Assembly (NCBI GenBank): GCA_963797555.1
Contig: CAWCPV010000014.1
Location: forward strand, 160,001-224,000
DNA from: an uncultured Gammaproteobacteria bacterium
GTDB lineage: Bacteria; Pseudomonadota; Gammaproteobacteria; CAWCPV01
Length of the DNA: 64,000 nt
Direction: 5' to 3'
The position numbers were made by a program, and so were the translations under genes. The number at the start of each line of letters is the position of its first letter. Position 1 is the stretch's first letter. The notes under the pieces are model-generated. The model searched no databases. It was not told the origin of the DNA and saw only the letters and a program-made list of their open reading frames with translations. This document shows positions 47,326-57,149 of this stretch, in pieces.

Positions 47326-47544
47326 CACGGCGGGACGGCGGAGGACGGCGTATCGGCGGCAGATGCTGGTCCGGAGCCAGTGGTTAGGAATCAGCGGTTC
47401 GCGGGTTGGATCCTGTCGCTAGCTTCATAAAATACAGTAACTTATCAAACCATTCCCCGGCATCGCCCGGCAAGCGTCACGGTCAAGAAAAGACGTCCCG
47501 CCGGCAACCGGCTTGGGGCGGCAGTATACCATCGCACCGTGTTG

Positions 47545-47577
47545 TTCCGGACTCCGTTTCGCTTCATCCCGACTACG
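47545..47577 (-). repeat. GTAG-type REP-like palindrome
   Basis: cGTAGtcgggatgaagcgaaacggagtccggaa on the minus strand. Confidence 0.5.
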
Positions 47578-47599
47578 CTCACTTGCAGGCGAACTCCGG

Positions 47600-47885
47600 C
47601 TCCGCTTCTTCTCCTGCCCATCGTCCAGCGCCGCCTTTTGCGGCAGCCCATCGAGGTGCTGGTCGAGATTCTCCTTGGTGCGCAGCAGCGCCAAGATGCG
47701 GTTGTCACAGTGGAAAGGGAATGGTCGCTGCGTCCGCTACCAACCGGCGGAGGGCGTGGACGCTGATGTAGTCGCCGAAGACCGCGCGGGCATTCTTGTC
47801 GATCAGTTCGGTCGGCGCCCGTGAAGCCGGTGAAGACGCGTTCGGCAGCGCGTCGAATGTGGCGTGCGAAGCTGTTGAAAGAGTC
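47600..47885 (-). pseudogene. Type I restriction HsdR remnant
   Basis: SFARHIR..VFTGFTG..ELIDKNARAVFGDYISV..VADAATIP matches the HsdR helicase motif III region; degenerate. Confidence 0.6.
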
Positions 47886-48071
47886 GTGGTCGTTGCGGCG
47901 CGCCCAACCCCCTGCGCAGGGGATCGCGCCCGCGGGTTCCTTCGGCGGACTGTCCGCGAGGCGGGAATACTGCCCGGAAACGCTGCGGGATGGGGAGAAC
48001 CGCCTTGAGCGCAAAATCACGGGCTGCGTGCGGGCACGGGGAATTGCGCCGTCCCCTGGGTCGGCATGAAC

Positions 48072-48728
48072 TCACCTAGTCGGGAGGGCGGTTTGCGCGT
48101 CCCCAGTGAGACGGACAAGATCCTCACGAATCTTTTCCAACTCGTCACGAAGCTTGGCCGAGGCGCCAGTGAGCACGTCTGTCCTGGTCTCGTCCGCACA
48201 GCGTTTCAGTTCCCCAGCGATCTCTTTGAGCGTCTGGCTTATCTTGCGTGCCTCGACCCATGCCCTTTCAATCCCCCGCTCAATGAACTCTCGAAACAGC
48301 ACCAGCTCGTCATCATTGAGCTGGAGAAGCTGCTCCGTATGCTGGCCGGCAGCGTCACGGGGTTGCACCTCGAACCCCTCGAACCAGAGGTGCGAGGCCA
48401 TCACATGATGGCACGGATTGGGAATGAATATGCCCCGCTCGCCCTCTACTTTGCTGGGCCAATAGTCCGTCTTGCGGGAGTTGCAGTTGCCGCAAGCGTA
48501 GAAAAGGTTGGAGTAATTCGTCGTTAACTCGGGGAACTTCGCCGTTGGCTTGTAGTGGTCCACGCCAAAGGTGCCGCCGAGGCCGTCAGGAAGGCGGCAA
48601 TAGACGCACTTTCGGTCGAACTCATCGCGGAGGTACGGCTTGTATGATTTGTACGACCTGTACTTCTTCGGGTTCAGCCGTCTGACATGCTTCCATTTCG
48701 GATAGCGAAACGGCGTGGGCTGCTTCAC
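48072..48728 (-). CDS. HNH endonuclease
   Basis: YKPYLRDEFDRKCVYC..GVDHYKP..YSNLFYACGNCNSRK..PNPC. Confidence 0.9.
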   Translation of the reverse strand: MKQPTPFRYPKWKHVRRLNPKKYRSYKSYKPYLRDEFDRKCVYCRLPDGLGGTFGVDHYKPTAKFPELTTNYSNLFYACGNCNSRKTDYWPSKVEGERGIFIPNPCHHVMASHLWFEGFEVQPRDAAGQHTEQLLQLNDDELVLFREFIERGIERAWVEARKISQTLKEIAGELKRCADETRTDVLTGASAKLRDELEKIREDLVRLTGDAQTALPTR

Positions 48729-49234
48729 TTAAGGTCTAGCTCGTCCCTGACCTTCTGGTGCCGCTTGGCTGCCTGGTCGAGCCGTTCAGCGACCTCACCC
48801 AGGGCGGTCCATTGGTCCTCGGTCACTGGCGGCAACAATTTCCGAAGTCGCTCGCTCAAAATCGCCAGCCGCGCCTCATGCTCGGTGGATGCTCCCTGCA
48901 CGTACATCCTCGCCAGCAGCCGCACTCGCGCAGTGGCGCACCGTTCGGCTTCGTTATCCCCGAGTGGCTCTCGTACCTCATCCGCTGGCTGTTGCGGCGA
49001 GGACGTTAACGCTCCCTCGAACTCTGCTTCGACAGATGTTGTCTCAATGCGGATGGAAGACAATCGACGCAATACGTCCAGAAAGTCGGCGACACGCGTT
49101 GAAGTGCGTTCCTGTGCCAGATCCGCACTCGGTTGTCTCGTTTCGCCGTCGCTCCCCTTGAAGGCGTAGAACAGCGTCTGGTCGGGTTCCAAAGAGTTTG
49201 GCTGCCAACTGTAGGCTAGGGTGTAGGAGGCCAT
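48725..49234 (-). CDS. Hypothetical protein
   Basis: Coupled to both neighbours (7-nt gap, 4-nt overlap); helical C-terminus. Confidence 0.7.
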   Translation of the reverse strand: MASYTLAYSWQPNSLEPDQTLFYAFKGSDGETRQPSADLAQERTSTRVADFLDVLRRLSSIRIETTSVEAEFEGALTSSPQQPADEVREPLGDNEAERCATARVRLLARMYVQGASTEHEARLAILSERLRKLLPPVTEDQWTALGEVAERLDQAAKRHQKVRDELDLK

Positions 49235-49241
49235 CTCTGCT

Positions 49242-49985
49242 CTACCGCTTCTTCATGGCTTTGCCCAGGTATGCCAGCGCTTTGTCGCCAATGGCCCAAC
49301 GGAACAACTTGAAATTCTGCGCGTTAAAGGCGACGAGAAAGTTCTCGAGTTCCTTAACAGCTACTTCCTCCCGATAGAAATCGAAGTCAAGGATATAGGA
49401 CCGGTTATCTTCGAGCCCATCCTCAAGACCGTGCCGGAAGTTGTACTGACCGTCAGTGGTCGCCCCGCTGATGTTCTGCCAATATTTCGCCGGGTTTCCC
49501 AACACGTTGTCCGTGAGAGGTTTGATGATGTCGTCCCGCAACCAGCCGGATGGGTCACCCTTGACGGGAATGACATTTACATACCGAAGCCCAACTCGCG
49601 TGAAAAAGTCGGAATCAATAATTTCAGCAGCCTGCTGCACCACCCACGCAAGACGCTTCAAGAAATCCTCGAAGTTCTCGTAGGCCTGTGTCTCCAGCGC
49701 GAACGCCGACGACCGGAGAGACACCGTCCAATCCCGCTTCAGCGACCGAAAAATGTACCGAGCTTCGGAATCGCGGCCCCCGGAGGGATGGAGACTGATG
49801 TCCGCAGCGCGCTCGTAGTGAGGGTATAACTTCCGCAGTGCCTTCTGGAAGGCAGGCGGGCATTCCTGTTCAAGTTCAAGTAGGGTGGGAAACCGCAGTT
49901 CACAAACGGTAAGGCGAATGAAGTTGCGTTCAAACTCCACGCGCTCGACATCGGGCACATTCAGATATCCGTCAGGTCGAGTCAC
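49242..49985 (-). CDS. TIGR04255-family protein
   Basis: VCELRFP..YIFRS..WTVSL..LETQAYENFEDF..TRVGLRYVNVI..YILDFDFY..FRWAI. Confidence 0.85.
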   Translation of the reverse strand: MTRPDGYLNVPDVERVEFERNFIRLTVCELRFPTLLELEQECPPAFQKALRKLYPHYERAADISLHPSGGRDSEARYIFRSLKRDWTVSLRSSAFALETQAYENFEDFLKRLAWVVQQAAEIIDSDFFTRVGLRYVNVIPVKGDPSGWLRDDIIKPLTDNVLGNPAKYWQNISGATTDGQYNFRHGLEDGLEDNRSYILDFDFYREEVAVKELENFLVAFNAQNFKLFRWAIGDKALAYLGKAMKKR

Positions 49986-50526
49986 CGCATGGTCCTCTCC
50001 GATTGCACCACACCCTCCAGGCGGAGGTGATGCTCACGTCACCTGGCAAGGTTACTGGGCACTCTTCTCACAAATCGCTAGTGTTGTCAACGACCCTTTC
50101 AGCCCTTTCAGGACAGCCATCCCCTTTTTAGCCACGATTGGCCCCACTGCTCCTGGATGGAGTCGACGCCGGGGTCTCAGGTCACACAGCTTGACATGCT
50201 TGCTGAACGCCCTGCGTTACTCGCCGGCGCCATCATCCTGCTTGCTGTGAGGCCGCTGATGGACGCTCGATCACCTGTGACGGCTTCACCTGCTAGTCCA
50301 CGGTGGCCTTCGTGGTGCGCTTGAACTGGACTGGGACAAGCCACTGCTGGGCGGCCACGAGATCGTCCTCAGAGAGGGTTGTCTTGTTCTTGAGTGTGTG
50401 ACCGGCAGTCTCGGTCGCAGTAACCCGAGTGATGCCACGCGCAGCTCAAAGCGACGCCGATATGGGCTCCTCCATCGGACACCAGCGAAAGAGGAACTCC
50501 CAGTCGCCCAAGCATCGGGATCGTAG

Positions 50527-50591
50527 GAAGGACAGGAAATTCGAGAACACTATCCTCGCAGGAGCGTACTGCCTCGGCACCGATCGGTCAA
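50527..50591 (-). promoter_or_regulatory. Second oriIS-like end with outward promoter
   Basis: TTGACC-N17-TACGCT..gaatttcctgtccttc, same layout as 9375-9440. Confidence 0.55.
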
Positions 50592-51419
50592 GTTTTTTGC
50601 GTTGACAGCCTTTTTGGGGTGGTGGGGCCGGCGGGCGACGATCCAGGGAAGTCGCGAAGCGCTGAGCCGAGGAGCCTGTGGTAGCCATACGAGACCAAGT
50701 GCGGGGTCCGTCGACGTTCCGCTACTATGGCGGGCCGTCGGCCAACCGGGGGTTTGTAAACGGTGCTGGATTCTCGCCGGGGGGGCCGACGGACCTCCGA
50801 CCGCCAACCGCGACGGGCCGCCCCCGGCGCTACCTCGACGGCCTGCTGCTCAAGCGGGTCCAGGACCGGGAGGGTTTCAAGACCCGAAACCGCCTGAACC
50901 TCGGGTCCTCAAAGGTCTGTGACCGGCCGGTGGCGGGCCGTCGGGGTGGGTGGGCAGGGGACCTGTCCTTCCCTGGGGCACGCACCCCGGTCACTGGCTC
51001 CGCCCGCCCCCCGAGGTCTGGCTGGGCGCCGCCGTGGCCCCCCTCGCACAGGTGGCCGGGGCGCACCGCCATCCGAGGTGCCGCAGGTGATATTGTCCCT
51101 TCCAATCGCGAGCTCGTCACGGCACAGGCCTTCGCTCTCTGGGCTTCTGAACACATTGCGCGCCCTGCGTTCCCCAGCACAATGGCGCCCAGACGCCGAC
51201 CTTGAGGTCGACTTCACCAGGCGCGTCCGTCCTCACCTCGCCGGGTTGCCGACGGGTACCAAACAGGCGTGGCCATGCTGCCGACGACGGCCGCCGGCGC
51301 GTCAATGGGTGCGACCCGCGCCCCTGCGGCGTCCACGCGCTCATCGCCGATGCCCGATTGTCGCCCCGCGGCGCTTCAGGTAGCTTGTCAACTCTGACTC
51401 GGATGTACGGAGGTCCGGC

Positions 51420-52139
51420 GTGACCGCGACCATGCTCGATGAGTACAAGGAGCGCCTTCTGGCCAAGCTGGAGGCGGCCGCTGAGGCCGGTCTCACCCTG
51501 AGCGGGCTGGGTATCAAGGGGGCCGCCAAGACCGGCAAGCTCTTGAGGCAAGCGCTCGGCGAGCTGCAGCGTGAGGGTCGGGTCGGCAACCTCGGGCTCC
51601 TCACACAGCCACGGTACGTGCTGCAGCGCTTCTACCGGCCCTTGGACCTCGCTTACGAGCACGTGCAGGCGAAGGCCGTTCCGGGCAAGCCGCATCTCTA
51701 TACCAGGAGTGAGCTGGAGAAGGGGCTGAAGGGGCCGATGAAGGGAAAACTGGACGAGGCCATGGACCTTCTGGTGAAGGAAAGGGCACTGTTGCGTCTG
51801 AAACGAGGTAACGTGAGCCTCTATCTCCATGCTGCGTCGTTGGCGGGCCTGGTGCCCGCATCCGTGCGGCCTGTCGGGCCAGGCATAGACCGCGATCGGC
51901 TGCGCGAGGCTTACCGCCAAGCGGTGCGGGCCTCAGGCTTTTCCGACGTGCTGGTCGAGGAGGTGCAGCGGCGTCTGGACAGCTCCCTCGAGGATCTGAA
52001 GGCGCTGTTGATCGCAGAATGCCGCGCCGGGCGAGCGGTACCGAGCCTGGGGGATTGGTCGCTGTCCTCGGAGGCGGCGCGGACCGCGGCCATCGATATC
52101 AACGGCCGGCCGCACCTGCGCATCCGCCTCCTGGACTGA
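51420..52139 (+). CDS. Hypothetical protein, probable tandem winged-helix
   Basis: Repeated helix-helix-hairpin-like segments (ALGELQREGRV; AMDLLVKERALLRL); RBS ggagg; 3 nt before the ATPase. Confidence 0.7.
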   Translation: MTATMLDEYKERLLAKLEAAAEAGLTLSGLGIKGAAKTGKLLRQALGELQREGRVGNLGLLTQPRYVLQRFYRPLDLAYEHVQAKAVPGKPHLYTRSELEKGLKGPMKGKLDEAMDLLVKERALLRLKRGNVSLYLHAASLAGLVPASVRPVGPGIDRDRLREAYRQAVRASGFSDVLVEEVQRRLDSSLEDLKALLIAECRAGRAVPSLGDWSLSSEAARTAAIDINGRPHLRIRLLD

Positions 52140-52142
52140 AAC

Positions 52143-54212
52143 ATGTCAACGGCGCACGGCGCTCCGCTGCTGAATCCGTTCGACGAAGACATCGTCTACG
52201 AGCCGCGCTGCATCGAGCCGCCGGTTCCTGGCCTGAACGATGCCCCGTTCGGCGCCGTACTGGAGGAGCTTGCCCGCCTCGACGGTGAGCCGGTCTACCG
52301 CGCCGCCAAGGCCAGTCACTCGCTGCTGGTCACCTCGCCGCAGGCGGGCTACGGCAAGTCGCACCTGATAGGGCGTCTGTTCCAAGCGCTGACGGGCCGG
52401 GCCACCTGCGTCTATGTGCGCCCCTTCGAAGACCCTGCCAGTTGCTGGAAGTCCATTTTGGAGCGGCTGGTCCATGAGCTGGATTACACCGAGCGCGGAG
52501 CAGGACAGCCGGAGCCGCGGCACGAGATCACCCAACTGGATGCTTTGGCCCATGGCGTGCTGTCCCATCTGGCGGCCGACCTGTTGGCAAGCGGTGTCCT
52601 GCGCAGTCGGCGCCAGGAGTCTGCTGAGATCGTACGGATGCTGCGGGAACGGCCCCTGGAGAAATACACCCCGACCCTGCTGTCGGGCTGGACGCGCCAA
52701 CTGCAGGCGCTGTTCCGTCGGCCCGAGTTCGCGCCGGTTGTCGTCAGGCGGATGAGGGCTCTCGGCGTGGAACTTCAGGCGGCGCCGGCCAACTGGCTGC
52801 GCGTCCTGTTCAGCTACTTCCAGTGCGGCGACGAGCTGCTGCGCGAGGGGTGTCTCGATTGGCTGATGGGCGACAGCATCGACGAAGCGCTTTCGGACCG
52901 GATCGGCCTCACCGCGAGGGACCTGCCCAAGGCGGAGCTATCGGCAAGCGAAGCCAACGAGCTGTGCAAAAATCGCATCCTCGACTTGTGCCGGCTGGCC
53001 GGCTTCTACCGGCCCTTCCTGTTCTGTTTCGACCAGACCGAGAATTACGGGAAAGACCCGGCGCTCGCGCGCGCCCTTGGGGCGGTCACCCAGGTGGTTA
53101 CCGACGAGGCTCGCAATCAGCTCACCTTGATCACGGCCAACCTGGACTCTTGGGAGCAGCGCATCCGCCCTCATTGGGAGGAGGCGCAGCTCCATCGCCT
53201 GGGACGAGTCGCGCACCAACTGCAGGGTCTGACCTCGGGGCAAGGTGAGCACTTGGTGCGCCAGCGCCTGCAGGCGTGGCAGATCCCCCCGGAGCGGATT
53301 CTCGTCTTTCTCGAGAGCGGCCGGCGCCTGGGATCGATGTTCTCCGACGCGCCGCAGATGGGTGTGCGCTCTTTCCTGCAGCGATGCTACCAAGAGTGGC
53401 AGGAGTTCCAGCGGCTGCCCGCCGTAACGCCGGCGTCGCTTGCGGAGCTGTTCAAGCAATATTGTGACGAGGTAGCGAGCCAGCCGGGGCGCTTGGTGTT
53501 CGACCGGGATGCTCTGTTCTGGCTGGTGACGGAAGTGGCACGGGGGCTTCCCGGCGTGGAGGTGGACCGGGTGCAGGGACGCAGCGGCCATGCCGTTCCC
53601 AGGTGGTCCCACGAGGGCCGTCAGATCCTGTTCGACTTCGAGGGCGGCTCCCACTGGAGGCGCTGGCAGTCCATCGCCCGACGCACCGGCGAATACTGCA
53701 GCAAGCATCCGGGGAGCAAAGTGGTCTACTTTCGGACGCCGGAACTCCGGTCTATCCCCGGCCGCTGGCAGGTCGCGCCTGAGGTCGAGGACGCCAAGCG
53801 GCGCCACCTCCACATCGAGACGCTAGACCTGAGCCGGGTCACCGAGCTGTACGCCGCTCGCGAGCTGTACGCGGACGCGATCCAGGGTGACATCAGCTTC
53901 TGCGCCGAGGCGGTATTGGGGTTCCTGCGGGAACGGCTGCAGCCGTGGTGGGAGCGCGTGTTGCGAGGGCTGCCCCAGGAGTCCGGGGTGCCCGCGGTCA
54001 CACCGGCCGCAGACTCCGGTGAGCTGCTCGGTGCGGTGCGAGCTGCCGTGCAGCGCGGCAAATTCCTCAGCCTGGACGAGCTTCTGACCAGCCTGCCCTC
54101 CGAAACGAGCCGCGAGGCCGTTCTGGAGGCGTGCGGGAGAGTGCGGGAGATCCGCGTCCACGCCAGTCCCACCATGACGGTCCTGCAGTGGCAGTCCGGC
54201 GCATCACCGTGA
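52143..54212 (+). CDS. P-loop (AAA+/STAND-like) ATPase
   Basis: Walker A PQAGYGKSH; Walker B FLFCFDQTE. Confidence 0.85.
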   Translation: MSTAHGAPLLNPFDEDIVYEPRCIEPPVPGLNDAPFGAVLEELARLDGEPVYRAAKASHSLLVTSPQAGYGKSHLIGRLFQALTGRATCVYVRPFEDPASCWKSILERLVHELDYTERGAGQPEPRHEITQLDALAHGVLSHLAADLLASGVLRSRRQESAEIVRMLRERPLEKYTPTLLSGWTRQLQALFRRPEFAPVVVRRMRALGVELQAAPANWLRVLFSYFQCGDELLREGCLDWLMGDSIDEALSDRIGLTARDLPKAELSASEANELCKNRILDLCRLAGFYRPFLFCFDQTENYGKDPALARALGAVTQVVTDEARNQLTLITANLDSWEQRIRPHWEEAQLHRLGRVAHQLQGLTSGQGEHLVRQRLQAWQIPPERILVFLESGRRLGSMFSDAPQMGVRSFLQRCYQEWQEFQRLPAVTPASLAELFKQYCDEVASQPGRLVFDRDALFWLVTEVARGLPGVEVDRVQGRSGHAVPRWSHEGRQILFDFEGGSHWRRWQSIARRTGEYCSKHPGSKVVYFRTPELRSIPGRWQVAPEVEDAKRRHLHIETLDLSRVTELYAARELYADAIQGDISFCAEAVLGFLRERLQPWWERVLRGLPQESGVPAVTPAADSGELLGAVRAAVQRGKFLSLDELLTSLPSETSREAVLEACGRVREIRVHASPTMTVLQWQSGASP

Positions 54213-56053
54213 GTCAGCTCAAATGCGCTTGCCTGGACGAGGGCTGGCGCACGGCCTGGCTGCGAGGCGAGACCCCGCCTACCCGGTCCTTTGCTGCGAA
54301 CGGGGCTCGGGCGGTGCACGGGACGCTGTTCCACAAGCTGGCGGAGGACTTCGCCGCCTGGCTGAGCGGCGGACGATCGGTGCGTCGCGCCGCCAAGCTC
54401 GAGAGTGCGGAGGATCTGTGGGGTGAGCTGTACGAGAGATTCGCCGCCGCGCGGCTGGGCAGCCTGGCCGGGTCGGGAAAATTGGAGTCGGCACACCACC
54501 TCAGCCGCTGCCTCAAGGTATTCTGCCAGAGGCTGGAGGAGTTGCGCCGCCGCACCCAGGGCTTCGTCACCTGGCAGGACGTCTACCTGGACAAGGAATA
54601 TCCGCTGCACGACGTGCCGATCGCCGTGGGCGCCGGAGACACGCTGCGGGTCTCGGGCCAAGTCGACGCCCTGCGAAGCCATCCGACGTTCGGTGTAGAG
54701 GTGGTGGACTACAAGCTCTCCCACGGGGCCCAGGCCAAGCACGACCTGGTGCAGCTCGCGGTCTACGCTCGGCTGCTGGCCGTCACCAAACCGGGGCTGC
54801 GCTTCACCGGCAGCCTGGAGTATTACGAGCCTGAGCTGCGAGAGCTTCAGGTGGCGGCCGGGGATCTGGAGGGGATCTTCGACGAGCTGGTGCGACCGCT
54901 GCTGCCGGAGCTGGCGGGCGCGGGCGGACGCGGCCGTCCACGTCCGAAAGCGGCGCCGAGCACTTCGCCTCCGGGCGAGACGCAGCCGCCAATGCCGCCG
55001 CCGGACCTTTCGGGAGCCATCCGCGAGTGCTTCGCCTCCTTCAACCTCCAAGTGGAGGTGCTGGACCGGTGCGAGGCGCCGCAGCTCGTGCGTTATCGGG
55101 TACTGCCCGCCGCCGGCGTCAAGGTCGTGTCGCTGGTGAACCGCGCCCAGGACCTGCAGGTGGCCCTGTCGCTGGTACAGCCGCCGATGATCGAGCCAGC
55201 TCAGGGGTACGTGAGCATCAACGTCCCCAGGGAGCGGCCGGACACAGTTCTGTGGCGCAACGTGATGCATCGCGCGGCAGACCGGCTGGCCGCCAGCGCG
55301 GTGGCCTTCCCGGTCGGCGTCGGGGCGGACGGCAACGTCCTGGTCGCGGACTTCGCGGACCCGAACATGGCCCATGCCCTGGTCGGCGGCGCCTCGGGCA
55401 GCGGCAAGAGCGAGCTGCTCAAATCCGTCGCCGCCGCTCTGATGGTGCGGAACAGTCCCGAGACCCTGCGCGTCACCATCATCGACCCGAAGGCCCTCAC
55501 CTTCGGTGCCCTGTCGGGCGCGCCGCACCTGAGCGGCCCGGGGATCACGGACCGCAAGGAGGCGGTCGCCTGCCTGGAGCGACTGGTAGGCGACATGGAC
55601 CGGCGGTACCGGCAGCTCGCCGCAGAGGGCTACGAGAGCCTGAGTCAGCGCCATGCCGCAGGACGGCGCGGCATGCCCTTCCACGTCGTGATCTTCGACG
55701 AGTTCGCGGACCTCGTCCTGGCCGGCAGGAAGGAGAAACAAACCTTCGAGGCCCTCGTGGCGCGGCTGGCAGGCAAGGGCCGCGCAGCGGGGATACATCT
55801 GGTGTTGGCGACCCAACGGCCAGACCGTAACATCGTCACCGGGCCCATCAAGGCGAACCTCCCGCTCAAGGTCTGTCTGCGCGTGACCAGCGCCACGAAC
55901 TCGCAGATTGTCCTGGACCAGGGCGGCGCAGAAGCCCTCCTGGGCCGGGGTGACCTGCTCTGCGATCGCGGCCAGGGCGTAGAGCGGGCGCAAGCCCCCC
56001 TGGTGACGCCGGAAGACCTCGGCGGGCTCGCGCGAAAGGGCGTGCTGGGTTGA
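54188..56053 (+). CDS. PD-(D/E)XK (RecB/Cas4-like) nuclease fused to an FtsK/SpoIIIE ATPase
   Basis: GTLFH..SGQVDAL..VVDYK..QLAVY; GGASGSGKS, IIDPK, IFDEFADL, GRAAGIHLVLATQRP, GAEALLGRGDLL. Confidence 0.92.
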   Translation: MAVRRITVSQLKCACLDEGWRTAWLRGETPPTRSFAANGARAVHGTLFHKLAEDFAAWLSGGRSVRRAAKLESAEDLWGELYERFAAARLGSLAGSGKLESAHHLSRCLKVFCQRLEELRRRTQGFVTWQDVYLDKEYPLHDVPIAVGAGDTLRVSGQVDALRSHPTFGVEVVDYKLSHGAQAKHDLVQLAVYARLLAVTKPGLRFTGSLEYYEPELRELQVAAGDLEGIFDELVRPLLPELAGAGGRGRPRPKAAPSTSPPGETQPPMPPPDLSGAIRECFASFNLQVEVLDRCEAPQLVRYRVLPAAGVKVVSLVNRAQDLQVALSLVQPPMIEPAQGYVSINVPRERPDTVLWRNVMHRAADRLAASAVAFPVGVGADGNVLVADFADPNMAHALVGGASGSGKSELLKSVAAALMVRNSPETLRVTIIDPKALTFGALSGAPHLSGPGITDRKEAVACLERLVGDMDRRYRQLAAEGYESLSQRHAAGRRGMPFHVVIFDEFADLVLAGRKEKQTFEALVARLAGKGRAAGIHLVLATQRPDRNIVTGPIKANLPLKVCLRVTSATNSQIVLDQGGAEALLGRGDLLCDRGQGVERAQAPLVTPEDLGGLARKGVLG

Positions 56054-56182
56054 GTGACCCGTCGCGGGCGTGCCCGACGCGGGAGTACTGAGCCATCGCG
56101 GCGGCCGGACCCGGCAGTCGTGCGGCCCCGTGCTGCGACAGGTCGCGGAGTTCGACCGATACGGGGGAGCAGAGGTCCGCTC

Positions 56183-56899
56183 ATGAGTCGTCGTAGAGCG
56201 GAGAGCGGCATGAAGGCGTTTCTCGGCGTTGTGGTAGCCATAACTGCATCGCTGTGGTGGCGGATTACACGCAGCGTCGATGCGTCAATCGGGCGTATGC
56301 GCGAGCCCGAAGCGCGGCTACGGCAAGCGGTCGAGGAGCCAGGCGGGGACTTCGCCGCGCTGATCGAGGCTACGGATGCTTGGGCTCGCGCCCACGGGTT
56401 GACGAAGGACGAGGTGCTGGAGTTCTTCAGCCTGTCGGCGGGGAATCCCCTCCGGGTCTGTCCCTGGCGCGATGACGCTGCCGGCACGTTCCTCGCCCTC
56501 TACTACGCCAGGATCCCGCTCAGAGGGCGGACGGTTCAACGGTCGCTGCGGGACCTGGTGACGCTTTACGGGGAAGAGCGGAGCGTTACGACCTCCGACA
56601 GCAGGGATGGCGTTCTCCTGCCGCGGGCTGAGGGCGCTTACGCCCAGGCATTTCCAGGCGCCGGCCTCGATGCGCTTTATGCCGAGCACCAGACGGCGTG
56701 CCGGCTCCTGGAGGAGAAGACGGACGCTCGTGCCCAGCCCCTACGAGCCGACACGCGCGACATCATGCTGCGGGCCATTCGGCGTCAGTTGGACCATGTC
56801 ACGTCCTTGCCGCTCTGGTATCTACGGGGGGCATACTGGTACCTGGTGCGGCGCCGGCTGTTGGCCGGAAAGCCTCTGAGATCGCAGGGTCTCCTATGA
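56183..56899 (+). CDS. Hypothetical protein with N-terminal TM
   Basis: Long ORF with a hydrophobic N-terminus; no motif recognised. Confidence 0.55.
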   Translation: MSRRRAESGMKAFLGVVVAITASLWWRITRSVDASIGRMREPEARLRQAVEEPGGDFAALIEATDAWARAHGLTKDEVLEFFSLSAGNPLRVCPWRDDAAGTFLALYYARIPLRGRTVQRSLRDLVTLYGEERSVTTSDSRDGVLLPRAEGAYAQAFPGAGLDALYAEHQTACRLLEEKTDARAQPLRADTRDIMLRAIRRQLDHVTSLPLWYLRGAYWYLVRRRLLAGKPLRSQGLL

Positions 56900-57149
56900 G
56901 CCCAAACCGCGGACGGGCCCCACGGGAGCATTCGGTGCACGGTGTCACGGAGCCGTTTTTGCGATACCAAGTGCGGGCGGCGGCCCCCACAGTTCGGCAA
57001 TGGGTGCTCAACTTACAGGCGGGAGTCCTGGTTGAATGTTCGTGAGAGAGCGGCGAATGTGCTGCCGCTTCGTTGGCTCACGGTGCAATGGCGCCTGTAA
57101 GCGCGATCACAGTATGAGCCGTGGGCTGTTCCGGCGGCTCATTTGACCT

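Noticed and set aside
50100-51400. Coding genes in this interval
   Set aside because: Only short ORFs without recognisable motifs; looks like decayed mobile DNA.
54188-56053. Cell-division FtsK or CRISPR Cas4
   Set aside because: No TM or gamma domain, no complete Cas4 Fe-S cysteine set seen, and no cas genes or array in the window.
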